A stretch of 61,952 nt of DNA from Candidatus Babelota bacterium (GTDB lineage: Bacteria; Babelota; Babeliae; Babelales; UASB340), in the NCBI GenBank assembly GCA_014730005.1, contig WJIY01000047.1:1-61952 (forward strand). Reading direction: 5' to 3'. Made by a program: the position numbers and the translations under genes. The notes under the pieces are model-generated. The model was not told where the DNA came from and made no database searches. It saw only the letters and a list, made by a program, of their open reading frames with translations. This document shows, piece by piece, positions 1 through 8,609 of this stretch (position 1 is its first letter; the number at the start of each line of letters is the position of its first letter).

Positions 1-1
1 C

Positions 2-153
2 AAACTCGAAGAACAAAAAATTTTCAAACGGAAAAAATCTACAGAGCAGGTTTTAATGGATTTAAGAATTCAAAAAATATACCTGAAAAATTTTCAATCA
101 TACCTGCTGGAGCAAACTATTATGCATTAGGTAAAGTCCTGAGTCAAAAATGA
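2..153 (+). CDS. 3' end of a gene truncated by the window start (unknown product)
   Basis: Open frame from position 2 (KLEEQKIF...YALGKVLSQK) to TGA 151-153, converging on the palindrome at 161-198. Confidence 0.5.
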   Translation, partial: TRRTKNFQTEKIYRAGFNGFKNSKNIPEKFSIIPAGANYYALGKVLSQK

Positions 154-160
154 GATTAAT

Positions 161-198
161 AAATATAAGCTTCATTTTTAAAAATGAAGCTTATATTT
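161..198. terminator. Perfect 38-bp palindrome between convergent genes; likely bidirectional terminator
   Basis: aaatataagcttcattttt|aaaaatgaagcttatattt; includes the stop codon of the 191..1024 gene. Confidence 0.7.
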
Positions 199-1024
199 TA
201 CAAATAGCTTTCGCCTCATTGATAACTTTATCTATTTTATTTTTAGAAAAATTTAATCTCCCCAGCATTTTTTTATTTTTATAAAGTTGTTTGCATAAAA
301 CAATACTATTTTCAACTAAAAACTTTTTTTGTTTCTTATTCAAATTTGATAACGCAGTTATAGGATGTAATTTTGTTTTATCAATTAATTGGGCTAAATT
401 ATCTTTTTTTGGATAAGACCACCCAATAAGTTTCAATTTCTCACATTGAGCATAATCAATTGCATGTTTAGTAAATTTTGTATTTGTAACAATGCATGCT
501 TTATTATATTTTTTATTTTTTTTAATACCATTTAAGTCATCTAATCGAGCTTTAACATATAAAATAACTTGCAAATGAGTTTTTATTCCTCTGTAATTAT
601 GAAATTTACACTCTATAAAATCTGGAATAGAATTATTAAAAATAACCACATCAAGCTCATGAGAAACGCATTTGCCTTTTACTATCTGATTTAATTTTAT
701 TTTAAAGTCTAATTCCTTAAAAATTTGTCCCACAAATTTTTCAAAAGGATAACCTGTTGGCCCTAAGTCTTTTAATGCATATTTTATGCTATACCTACCA
801 GCAACACCTTGATCATATTTTTTTAAAAATCTATGAGCAAATTTATAAATTTCATGTGCAGTATTAAATTGTTTTCCTTTATCGAATTTTTCTTTTTTTA
901 CTTTTTCAATAATTTTATCTATCGAATCTTTAGACGCTCCTGTTTTTTTTAATGAGCTAAAAAGTTTTTTAAAATCAAATACTTCTTTTTCTCCAGATGC
1001 CTTTTTTATATAAAATTTTTTCAT
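191..1024 (-). CDS. ATP-cone domain fused to a PD-(D/E)xK (Mrr/restriction-endonuclease-like) nuclease domain
   Basis: N-terminal IKKASGEKEVFDFKKLFSSL (ATP-cone pattern); GYPFEKFV, HELDVVI, IECKFH, IVTNTKFT nuclease motifs. Confidence 0.8.
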   Translation of the reverse strand: MKKFYIKKASGEKEVFDFKKLFSSLKKTGASKDSIDKIIEKVKKEKFDKGKQFNTAHEIYKFAHRFLKKYDQGVAGRYSIKYALKDLGPTGYPFEKFVGQIFKELDFKIKLNQIVKGKCVSHELDVVIFNNSIPDFIECKFHNYRGIKTHLQVILYVKARLDDLNGIKKNKKYNKACIVTNTKFTKHAIDYAQCEKLKLIGWSYPKKDNLAQLIDKTKLHPITALSNLNKKQKKFLVENSIVLCKQLYKNKKMLGRLNFSKNKIDKVINEAKAICKI

Positions 1025-1128
1025 ATTAATCCTACAAAAATTTTATATTAGATTGTAAAAAAATTAATAACTAATAAACTGTTTTTTCAATATTTTTAAA
1101 TAAAACAAAAAAAATAAGGATCATAAAA

Positions 1129-1455
1129 ATGTTTACAGATAAATTGAAAAATTTCATAAAAGATCAAGAACACCGAGTACAAAAATATTACAAAATTGAA
1201 GATAAAAAAATCTTTGCACTTATAGGAATGAATAAATTAACTGAAGAAATAGGCGAACTTGCACGTGAAATTTTAGCAAGTCAAAAAATACGTCATAAAG
1301 ATAAAGTTAATAATCATAATACAGAAACACTAAGTCTGGAATTTGCAGATGTTATAATAACAACACTAATTTTAGCACAAACAACAGGAATTGATCTTGA
1401 AAAAGCCCTTAAAATAAAAATTGAAAAAGTAACAAAAAAATATGACAATCTTTAA
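1129..1455 (+). CDS. MazG-like nucleotide pyrophosphohydrolase
   Basis: KLTEEIGELA...LSLEFADVII = ExxE..ExxD all-alpha NTP-PPase motif; 108 aa; RBS aagga. Confidence 0.85.
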   Translation: MFTDKLKNFIKDQEHRVQKYYKIEDKKIFALIGMNKLTEEIGELAREILASQKIRHKDKVNNHNTETLSLEFADVIITTLILAQTTGIDLEKALKIKIEKVTKKYDNL

Positions 1456-1476
1456 TAAATGTCCTTATTGCCCAAA

Positions 1477-1530
1477 AAACCTATAAAAATCAATGATTAA
1501 GCTAAAAAAAGTATTGATTTTTATAGGTTT
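1477..1530. terminator. 18-bp perfect inverted repeat downstream of the MazG-like gene
   Basis: aaacctataaaaatcaat (1477-1494) / attgatttttataggttt (1513-1530). Confidence 0.55.
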
Positions 1531-1613
1531 AATAATATACCCTTTCAAATAGGGTGGGTTTTCATTTGAACCTTGAAACTAAATAATAATTTTAAATTCA
1601 TTAAGGAGAGTAA

Positions 1614-2399
1614 ATGATAAAAAAATATATTTTTTTAATGTTTTTTATAATAAATTGCACAATTATGCAGGTACATTCTCAAGGCGGAATTCATAAAACA
1701 CAAAATTCAAACCATTCATCCATAGAAAATACAAAAACTAGAATAGACGAAATTCCAAATATAGAATCCGAAATATACAAAATAGCAACAATGAATACAG
1801 ATCCTATTGAAAAACAATTCAAATTAAAGCTTATTCAATCAAAACTAGATTTTTTAGAAAATTATATTAAGGATTTACAAGAACAACTTAATCAACAATT
1901 AAAAATGTTATCTGTAAAAAAAGATGAAAATGAAACTATTGAATCCAAAGAATGCTCTTATAATGAATGGATGCCCATTCTGCGTAGAATATCAATAGGT
2001 TTTATGGGCACCGATCTTGCTATATGTAAAGATAAAATAAAGACTATTCAAAATATTTTAAATACTACAAAACAAAAGGGCCTGGAAAAAGGAAAACAAG
2101 CTTTCATAGAATTCATACAAACAGATGATATTGGCTGGACCACACAAGATAAAATAAAAAATAATGAAATCAAAGAATCCGAACTAAACAAATATGATGA
2201 AAATATGGTTGCTGAATCATATAAAATAAAAAATATTCAAGAAATAGGTAATTGGCCTGAATTTAAAGGGCTACTACTTCAACTTATTAATAATTTAAAA
2301 AAACATCCAAATGTTATGAAAAAATTTTCAAAACATTTTAATGAGACATATTATGAAATTGCTAATACAATCGAATATGATATAAGTACAAAAAAATAA
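1614..2399 (+). CDS. Secreted hypothetical protein (helical/coiled-coil)
   Basis: RBS aaggag; signal-peptide-like N-terminus MIKKYIFLMFFIINC; no recognisable domain. Confidence 0.75.
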   Translation: MIKKYIFLMFFIINCTIMQVHSQGGIHKTQNSNHSSIENTKTRIDEIPNIESEIYKIATMNTDPIEKQFKLKLIQSKLDFLENYIKDLQEQLNQQLKMLSVKKDENETIESKECSYNEWMPILRRISIGFMGTDLAICKDKIKTIQNILNTTKQKGLEKGKQAFIEFIQTDDIGWTTQDKIKNNEIKESELNKYDENMVAESYKIKNIQEIGNWPEFKGLLLQLINNLKKHPNVMKKFSKHFNETYYEIANTIEYDISTKK

Positions 2400-2452
2400 A
2401 CTCATATTTTGACTTTGTAGTATTAAAAACCAAAGAACAAATTTTTTGGTTC

Positions 2453-2483
2453 GCCAGCCGCAGCTCTTTAAAGCTAAGGCTGG
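2453..2483. repeat. tRNA-3'-associated palindromic repeat, copy A
   Basis: gccagccgcagc-tctttaaa-gctaaggctgg; the final tgg is the CCA of tRNA-Ala(CGC). Confidence 0.75.
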
Positions 2484-2556
2484 TGGAGGTGAGCGGAGTC
2501 GAACCGCTGGCCTTCTGTGAGCGAGACAGACGCTCTACCAACTGAGCTACACCCCC
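2481..2556 (-). tRNA. tRNA-Ala(CGC)
   Basis: Cloverleaf GGGGGTG...CACCTCCACCA; G3:U70; anticodon arm TCTGT-CTCGCTC-ACAGA; encoded CCA. Confidence 0.93.
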
Positions 2557-2569
2557 TTGATAAATTTAT

Positions 2570-2593
2570 GGTGAAGCTATACTAAGCTTCACC
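2570..2593. terminator. Hairpin downstream of the ankyrin gene
   Basis: ggtgaagct / agcttcacc stem, extended by ttgataaattt / aaatttatcaa outer arms. Confidence 0.5.
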
Positions 2594-2619
2594 TGATAAA
2601 ATTTATCAAAAGAATAAAA

Positions 2620-3201
2620 CTAACAACTTTTAAGAAAATTAACAATATCTTGATATCCTAATTTTTCTGCTAATTCTAATGCTGTTAAACCAATATAATC
2701 TGTATATTTACTATAATCATTTTTCTGTATTTTTAAATATAAATCTGCTCCAGCGAATACAAAAATTTTAACCAAATTTAAATCATTATATAAAACAGAT
2801 GCATGCAAAGGACTAAATCCTGGATATAAATCTTGCGAGAGTGCACTATTAAAATTCGCCGCCGCAGTGTTTCTACTACACGTTATAAAACCAACTGATA
2901 TTCCATTATAAATATCTAAATTCCATTTCAATATTTTAATTCCATTACCGATGGCACGATAATAATCATCGTTGTCCAAACCAGACATTATTAAAGGTTG
3001 TACTAAATTTATTTTCAAATATAATAGCAACTGCTCCATATCACAAATACGAGTAGCTAAATTAACTTTTCTATCGTTTGTAAAATAAGAATTTATAGTT
3101 GATAACTGCGTATTAACCCACAAATAGTTTACATTAGCAAAAATTGGATTTAAAAAAACAAATGTCATTAAAATAAATAAATAATTTTTTATATTTTGCA
3201 T
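2620..3201 (-). CDS. Secreted ankyrin-repeat protein
   Basis: Signal peptide; GFSPLHASVLYNDLNLVKIFVFAGAD and GLTALELAEKLGYQDIVNFL ankyrin repeats. Confidence 0.85.
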   Translation of the reverse strand: MQNIKNYLFILMTFVFLNPIFANVNYLWVNTQLSTINSYFTNDRKVNLATRICDMEQLLLYLKINLVQPLIMSGLDNDDYYRAIGNGIKILKWNLDIYNGISVGFITCSRNTAAANFNSALSQDLYPGFSPLHASVLYNDLNLVKIFVFAGADLYLKIQKNDYSKYTDYIGLTALELAEKLGYQDIVNFLKSC

Positions 3202-3352
3202 ACCTAACCTTTCACCAAATTGTTTTTACCTCAACAAATATCCAAATTTTTTTTAAATCATAATCAATCTCCTTATATAAAATTTGTTTTAAATTTCATA
3301 TAAATTATCAAATGTTTTAATAAGATCAATTCATAATTTTTAATTTGACAAA

Positions 3353-3386
3353 AAAAAGCCATTGAAAAATTTTTCAACGGCTTTTT
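3353..3386 (-). terminator. Intrinsic terminator of the tRNA Ile-Ala transcript
   Basis: aaaaagccattgaaaa / ttttcaacggcttttt hairpin with a U-tract on the minus strand. Confidence 0.6.
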
Positions 3387-3395
3387 AAACAGATA

Positions 3396-3471
3396 TTTAT
3401 CAAACCTATTACTCTGGCCTGCCAGCCGTAGCCACAAAGGGCGAAGGCTGGTGGAAGTAAGCGGAGTCGAA
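3396..3471. repeat. ~76-bp direct repeat, copy 1 (contains palindromic repeat B and a duplicated 3' 23 nt of tRNA-Ala)
   Basis: Near-identical to 3764-3840 (one indel, one substitution). Confidence 0.9.
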
Positions 3472-3473
3472 TC

Positions 3474-3503
3474 CTCCTTCGCCTATGTTGCTATGGAGAA
3501 CAA
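3474..3503. repeat. Inverted, degenerate copy of the palindromic repeat
   Basis: ctccttcgcc-tatgtt-gctatggag; reverse complement reads CCATAGC..GGCGAAGG, matching the CCGTAGC..GGCGAAGG core. Confidence 0.65.
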
Positions 3504-3512
3504 GCCGATCAC

Positions 3513-3749
3513 TTATAACAAATGATTCTTAACAAAAGCCTTACCAGATCACTATTTTAAAGCTATAACCTTTGATTTTTCTTTACATGCAAAATAATTA
3601 TGTAGCATCCAAGGTATATACTTAGCTGTATATATAAATTTTACTTCATTATGTACCAATAACCGATGTATACATTCATGGTATAACCTATATATTTTTT
3701 TAGGAAACTTTATTGATCTTAAAAGATAAACATAATACAAGTTGCTCAT
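3513..3749 (-). pseudogene. Small stand-alone GIY-YIG nuclease, disrupted
   Basis: YYVYLLRS...KIY then frameshifted (I)GYT; RL..HN; YT.KY.PW; after two stops the family-typical tail SGKAFVKNHLL. Confidence 0.8.
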
Positions 3750-3763
3750 ACGAAATCATTATT

Positions 3764-3840
3764 TTTATCAAACCTTATTACTCTGGCCTGCCAGCCGTAG
3801 CCACAAAGGGCGAAGGCTGGTGGAGGTAAGCGGAGTCGAA
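3764..3840. repeat. ~76-bp direct repeat, copy 2 (palindromic repeat C plus the 3' end of intact tRNA-Ala(TGC))
   Basis: Matches 3396-3471. Confidence 0.9.
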
Positions 3841-3893
3841 CCGCTGGCCTTCCGCGTGCAAAGCGGACGCTCTACCAACTGAGCTATACCCCC
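3818..3893 (-). tRNA. tRNA-Ala(TGC)
   Basis: Cloverleaf; anticodon arm TCCGC-TTTGCAC-GCGGA; G3:U70; CCA. Confidence 0.97.
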
Positions 3894-4012
3894 GTAAATT
3901 TCAATATTGCCCCAACTGCTTCTCCTGCATAAAGACACAGTGCAAAAAGTAAGACCAAGAACTTCAAGCCTTTTATAAAAGCTTGCAACTTTTAATGAAT
4001 CAAACTATCTAT

Positions 4013-4050
4013 CTGGCCTGCCAGCTGTAGCCATGCAGAACAAAGGCTGG
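4013..4050. repeat. tRNA-3'-associated palindromic repeat, copy D
   Basis: ctggcctgccagctgtagcc-atgcagaac-aaaggctgg; ends in the CCA of tRNA-Ile. Confidence 0.75.
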
Positions 4051-4124
4051 TGGGCCTAAGTCGACTCGAACGACTGACCTCTCCGTTATCAGCGGAGTGC
4101 TCTAACCAACTGAGCTATAGGCCC
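4048..4124 (-). tRNA. tRNA-Ile(GAT)
   Basis: Cloverleaf; anticodon arm CTCCG-CTGATAA-CGGAG; CCA. Confidence 0.97.
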
Positions 4125-4294
4125 AAATATTTCATTTATGTTTGAATTATATAAACTTTTTTGGATAGTTGCAATAATAATTCCAATTTTGTCTTATCTA
4201 AATTAACAAAAAAATCTTACTTTGTTGACCCAATCTACATAAAAAATATATTTTAAAGATGACAATGCAACTTGAATTAAAAGGGGGAGCTATT

Positions 4295-4504
4295 ATGAAA
4301 AAATGGCGTATAACTGGAATATTTCGAAATAAAAAAAATATACAAACAATTGAGGAAGAAAATCCTCAACACAAAAAATTTAAATATCCTAAAATAAAGA
4401 AGTTAAAAAGATTAGCAACTAAAATAAAGCATTCATTGAAAGCATACTTTCCTAAACGAATATGGCCAAAACCTCAGAAAAACAGAAAAGGACCAAAGGT
4501 ATAA
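4295..4504 (+). CDS. Small basic hypothetical protein
   Basis: Strong RBS aagggggag before ATG 4295 (ORF track starts 4259); Lys/Arg-rich. Confidence 0.5.
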   Translation: MKKWRITGIFRNKKNIQTIEEENPQHKKFKYPKIKKLKRLATKIKHSLKAYFPKRIWPKPQKNRKGPKV

Positions 4505-4627
4505 TTTTAGCTTTTTTATTCTTTAAACCTTAAATTTAAACACTTCTTGCTCCATTTCACCCTTTCCTTATACTAAAAAATAGATTCTTTAATAAATTTT
4601 ATAATATTATATTTTTTGAGAAGCATT

Positions 4628-5710
4628 ATGCTAATCGATGATTTACAAGCAAAATTAAAAGAAATAGAACCCGATTTTTTAGCTATTAAAGAATTTTGGC
4701 AAAAATCCAAAATCGAAAACCAATATAACGATTTAACCCAAAAGATCAACCAGGAAGATTTTTGGCAAAATCCAAATCAAGCAAAAATACTAAAAAAATA
4801 CCAACAATTAAAAGAATTAAATGAGAAATATAATCAAATAGTGCAAAACTACAAAGAAAATCAAGAACTACTTGAACTTTTTTCTCACAATGAAACTGAA
4901 TTAGCAAAAATTAAACCTGAAATTTTGAACTTATGTAATAAAATTAGAAAATTTAAACTTGAAATATTATTAAATAAACCAGAAGATCTAAAAAATTGTT
5001 TTTTGAGTATCAATTCTGGAGCTGGAGGTACTGAATCTCAGGATTGGGCTAACATGTTATTGCGCATGTATCTAAGATTTTGTGAAAAAGAAAATTTTAA
5101 AGTTGATATTCTTGATTATCAAGCAGGAGATGAAGCTGGAATTAAATCTGCAACGCTATTTATTAAAGGTAAATATACTTATGGTTTTTTAAAAAGTGAA
5201 AATGGCATTCATCGTCTTGTAAGAATATCACCCTTTGATGCTAACAAAAGACGACATACTTCTTTTGCTGCAGTAACTGTTATACCCGAAGCAAAAGAAA
5301 AACAAATTGAAATAAATGAAAATGATTTGCGAATTGATACTTATAAAGCAGGTGGTGCAGGGGGTCAGCATGTTAATAAAACGGATTCCGCTGTAAGAAT
5401 TACACATATTCCCACAGGAATTGTTGTTCAATGCCAAAATGAACGATCACAAATACAAAATAAACAAACAGCAATGAAAATGTTAATGGCAAAATTAATA
5501 GAAAAAAAAGAACGGGAACAAAAAGAACAAGAAAAAGCCATTGAAAAGAAAAAAATAGAATGGGGTTCTCAAATTAGGTCTTATGTTCTTCATCCATATA
5601 AAATGGTTAAAGATTTAAGAACAAATTATGAATCATTTCAACCGGAACTTGTTCTTGATGGAGAATTAATAAACTTTATTGAAAAATATTTAGTTGAATT
5701 TACAAATTAA
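4628..5710 (+). CDS. prfB: Peptide chain release factor 2 (continuous ORF)
   Basis: [13 protein letters not shown] tripeptide, GGQ motif. Confidence 0.97.
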   Translation: MLIDDLQAKLKEIEPDFLAIKEFWQKSKIENQYNDLTQKINQEDFWQNPNQAKILKKYQQLKELNEKYNQIVQNYKENQELLELFSHNETELAKIKPEILNLCNKIRKFKLEILLNKPEDLKNCFLSINSGAGGTESQDWANMLLRMYLRFCEKENFKVDILDYQAGDEAGIKSATLFIKGKYTYGFLKSENGIHRLVRISPFDANKRRHTSFAAVTVIPEAKEKQIEINENDLRIDTYKAGGAGGQHVNKTDSAVRITHIPTGIVVQCQNERSQIQNKQTAMKMLMAKLIEKKEREQKEQEKAIEKKKIEWGSQIRSYVLHPYKMVKDLRTNYESFQPELVLDGELINFIEKYLVEFTN

Positions 5711-5743
5711 TAAATTTATAAAAAAAAATAATTCTAGATAAAT

Positions 5744-6718
5744 ATGATTTTTACTAAGATTGAAAAAAATATTAAACATATTTTACAAAAAAAACCAACA
5801 ATTATTTTAGGTCTTTCTGGTGGACCTGATTCAGTATTTTTATTATATTTTTTTAAAAAACTAGATACCGAAAAAAAAATTAAATTAATTGCAGCACACC
5901 TTGATCACGGTTGGAGAAAAGAATCTGTAAATGATGTTAAATTTTGCAAATCATTATGTAAAAATAATGACATTCCTTTTATTCACGAACATGCAAATAA
6001 TCTTAAAGCTTGCTTAAAATTTAATGGATCTAAAGAAGAATTTGGTCGAAATTTAAGAAGATTCTTTTTTGAAAATTTACAAAAAATCTATAAAGCCGAC
6101 CTTATTGCCTTAGGACATCACCAACAAGATCAACAAGAGACATTTTTTTGGCGAATTATTAGAGGAAGCAGCCTATGTGGACTTTCATGTATGAGAATTA
6201 TCGATAAGCCTTACATTAGGCCGCTTTTAAATGTATCAAAACACGAAATCTTAAATTATTTAAACGAAAAAAATATCAACTATATAACTGATTCTACAAA
6301 TAGTTCGGATTCTTTTCTGCGAAATAGAATTAGAAAATATGTTCTACCTGCAATGCAAAAATCCGATCTTCGTTTTAATACAAAATTTCAAAGCACTTTA
6401 AAACATCTACAAGAAGAAGAAGATTTTTTTAAAAGATTAACAATAAAATACTACAAAAAAATCTTTACTGCCAAAATTAAAAATCAAAAACAAATTATCT
6501 GTGGAGACTTAAAGCAATTTTTAAGCAAAGAAACAGTATTACAAAAAAGAATGTTAATTTATTGGCTTAATCAAGAAAAAGTTTCATTTAATGCCAGTGA
6601 AAATTATTTCGATGAAATTTTAAGATTTCTCAATAATAATCGCGGAGGTTCACATCAACTTTGTACAAATTGGAAATTAAATAAAAAAAAGAGTCTTTTC
6701 TGGATTGAAAAAAATTAA
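5744..6718 (+). CDS. tilS: tRNA(Ile)-lysidine synthetase
   Basis: SGGPDS PP-loop, HH..DQ.ET, IRPLL, DSTN, RNRIR. Confidence 0.95.
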   Translation: MIFTKIEKNIKHILQKKPTIILGLSGGPDSVFLLYFFKKLDTEKKIKLIAAHLDHGWRKESVNDVKFCKSLCKNNDIPFIHEHANNLKACLKFNGSKEEFGRNLRRFFFENLQKIYKADLIALGHHQQDQQETFFWRIIRGSSLCGLSCMRIIDKPYIRPLLNVSKHEILNYLNEKNINYITDSTNSSDSFLRNRIRKYVLPAMQKSDLRFNTKFQSTLKHLQEEEDFFKRLTIKYYKKIFTAKIKNQKQIICGDLKQFLSKETVLQKRMLIYWLNQEKVSFNASENYFDEILRFLNNNRGGSHQLCTNWKLNKKKSLFWIEKN

Positions 6719-6827
6719 CTTTAATTTACAAAATTTTTAATTTAGGTTCATTTATGAACTAAAACAATATAAAATTATAATAGAATTATTTTTATTTGGG
6801 GGAGGAATCAGGAGAGGAAATTTAATA

Positions 6828-7853
6828 ATGCATGAAGAAGAAAAAAAAATAAAAAAGAAGAAAAAAAAATTAGCTACTTTTTTTTGGTGGTCATTCTTAA
6901 TTCATATACTACTTCTTTTAATTATTATAGTTATTGCATTTAAAAAAACTGAAAAAATAATTCTATTTCGAAAAGAGAAAAAAAAGCAACCATCAAACGA
7001 GATGCCTGCAAGTTTAAAAACACGTAAATCAGTTTTTGGAGCAACCGTTCTTTTTGACGAAAAAGCAGACTTTAAACCGCTTAAAGAAGCCAAACTTTTG
7101 TCACAACATTCACAAGAGGGTATTGATAGTGAAAATTCTGCCATAAAAGAAGAAGAAAAAAGAGAAAAAAAAGAGAAAAAATCATCTTCACCAAAAACCG
7201 AAAAAATTAAAAAAGAAAAAACCAATATCAAAAATCCACAAAAAAAAGAAAATTTAATTAAAAAGCCTCAACCAAAAATTTTAAAAGAAAAACAAAAAAT
7301 ACAGCCTACAAATATTAAAGAACAACAAAAATCTGTACAAAAAACTCCACAATCAAACCCACTCATCTCAAAAATAGCAAAAATTAAAACACCAGGAACA
7401 GCACAACAAGATAAAAGCCCAATAAAAGTACCCCGTAAAAGTATAATAAAAATGACAAAAGGTTTTGTTGATACATTAAAAGATGATGGCCAATATTGGA
7501 TTGAACGAAAAGGGGATGATAATAAAAAACCATCTTTTGAAGAACTCAAATATATTTCATATCATGAAAATATTTCATGGCACCTACAAAATTCCTGGAA
7601 TCAAAATTTTGCACATAATAAATATGAAAAACTAACTGAAGGTACAGTTGGTATAGAATTTATAATTGAATCAGACGGAACTGTAAGTAAAGTAACAATA
7701 TTAAAAAGTTCCGGGGATCTCCGATTAGATAACATTGTTAAAAGAAGCGTCGAACTTGCCTCCCCTCTTCCTCCTATTCCAATGCATTTTGGCAAAAATA
7801 CATATTCCGTTAGCTTAAATATTCAAGTAACTTCAAAAAGATTCTTTTTTTAA
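6828..7853 (+). CDS. TonB/TolA-like energy transducer
   Basis: N-terminal TM with SFLIH (SxxxH), Lys/Pro/Gln linker, C-terminal F.I..DG.V...I.KSSG...LD domain. Confidence 0.8.
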   Translation: MHEEEKKIKKKKKKLATFFWWSFLIHILLLLIIIVIAFKKTEKIILFRKEKKKQPSNEMPASLKTRKSVFGATVLFDEKADFKPLKEAKLLSQHSQEGIDSENSAIKEEEKREKKEKKSSSPKTEKIKKEKTNIKNPQKKENLIKKPQPKILKEKQKIQPTNIKEQQKSVQKTPQSNPLISKIAKIKTPGTAQQDKSPIKVPRKSIIKMTKGFVDTLKDDGQYWIERKGDDNKKPSFEELKYISYHENISWHLQNSWNQNFAHNKYEKLTEGTVGIEFIIESDGTVSKVTILKSSGDLRLDNIVKRSVELASPLPPIPMHFGKNTYSVSLNIQVTSKRFFF

Positions 7854-7933
7854 TTTTAAAGTTTTTCTTCCACTTTTATATTGTTAATTTGTTAAGATTA
7901 ATAAGATGAAAAAAATATTTTTAGGGGGGAAAA

Positions 7934-8467
7934 ATGAATTGGGAAAAAATAATGTTTTATATAAAAAGAATATTAATTTTAAAGCTTTTATTAATATTTT
8001 TCTTTATATTATCATCAATGTCCTTAAATTATCCATCAGATGATAATATAAAGTCTTCAGATTACTTAAGTAATCTTACATTACTCACTACAAATACATG
8101 GTATGAATTTAATTTCGATTGTGCGTGGTTATGGATGATTACTCTGAAAAGTAAAAAAGTTTTAAAACTAACAAAAATGGTCTTGCAATGGTCCGGCGAA
8201 AATCTAAATACCAAGCAACTAACAGCTTCACTATATCAAAAAAAAGAAACTGATTTCTACCCCATACCAATTGAAGAAAATTTCGTATGCGATGGTTTTT
8301 GGAACAAAGAAAAACAACAAATAATCTTTGAACCCAATAAAAAAGTCATAGCTGTTAATAAATATTATTTAGTTTTATCTTTTCCTAAAGCCTTTCGAGC
8401 AAAATTAAAAACAGGAATCTTTAAAATTTCTGATACCAATTCTTTAGAGCTAAAAAGAATAAAATAA
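7934..8467 (+). CDS. Hypothetical exported protein
   Basis: RBS aggggg; N-terminal hydrophobic segment; beta-rich remainder. Confidence 0.7.
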   Translation: MNWEKIMFYIKRILILKLLLIFFFILSSMSLNYPSDDNIKSSDYLSNLTLLTTNTWYEFNFDCAWLWMITLKSKKVLKLTKMVLQWSGENLNTKQLTASLYQKKETDFYPIPIEENFVCDGFWNKEKQQIIFEPNKKVIAVNKYYLVLSFPKAFRAKLKTGIFKISDTNSLELKRIK

Positions 8468-8609
8468 AAATCAAAATGGACTTTTTTGTTTTTTTTATTT
8501 ATATACAAATGAAAAAAGATTACTCACTTGTAAAAAATTCATCAACCTAAACATCAAAGCCAAGGCGATGTTGACAAACTACGGCTCATAAATTTAAAAA
8601 GGATTTGGA

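Noticed and set aside
2453-4050. Repeated ~31-36 bp palindromes as a possible CRISPR array
   Set aside because: Irregular spacing of hundreds of bp, tied to tRNA ends, no cas genes
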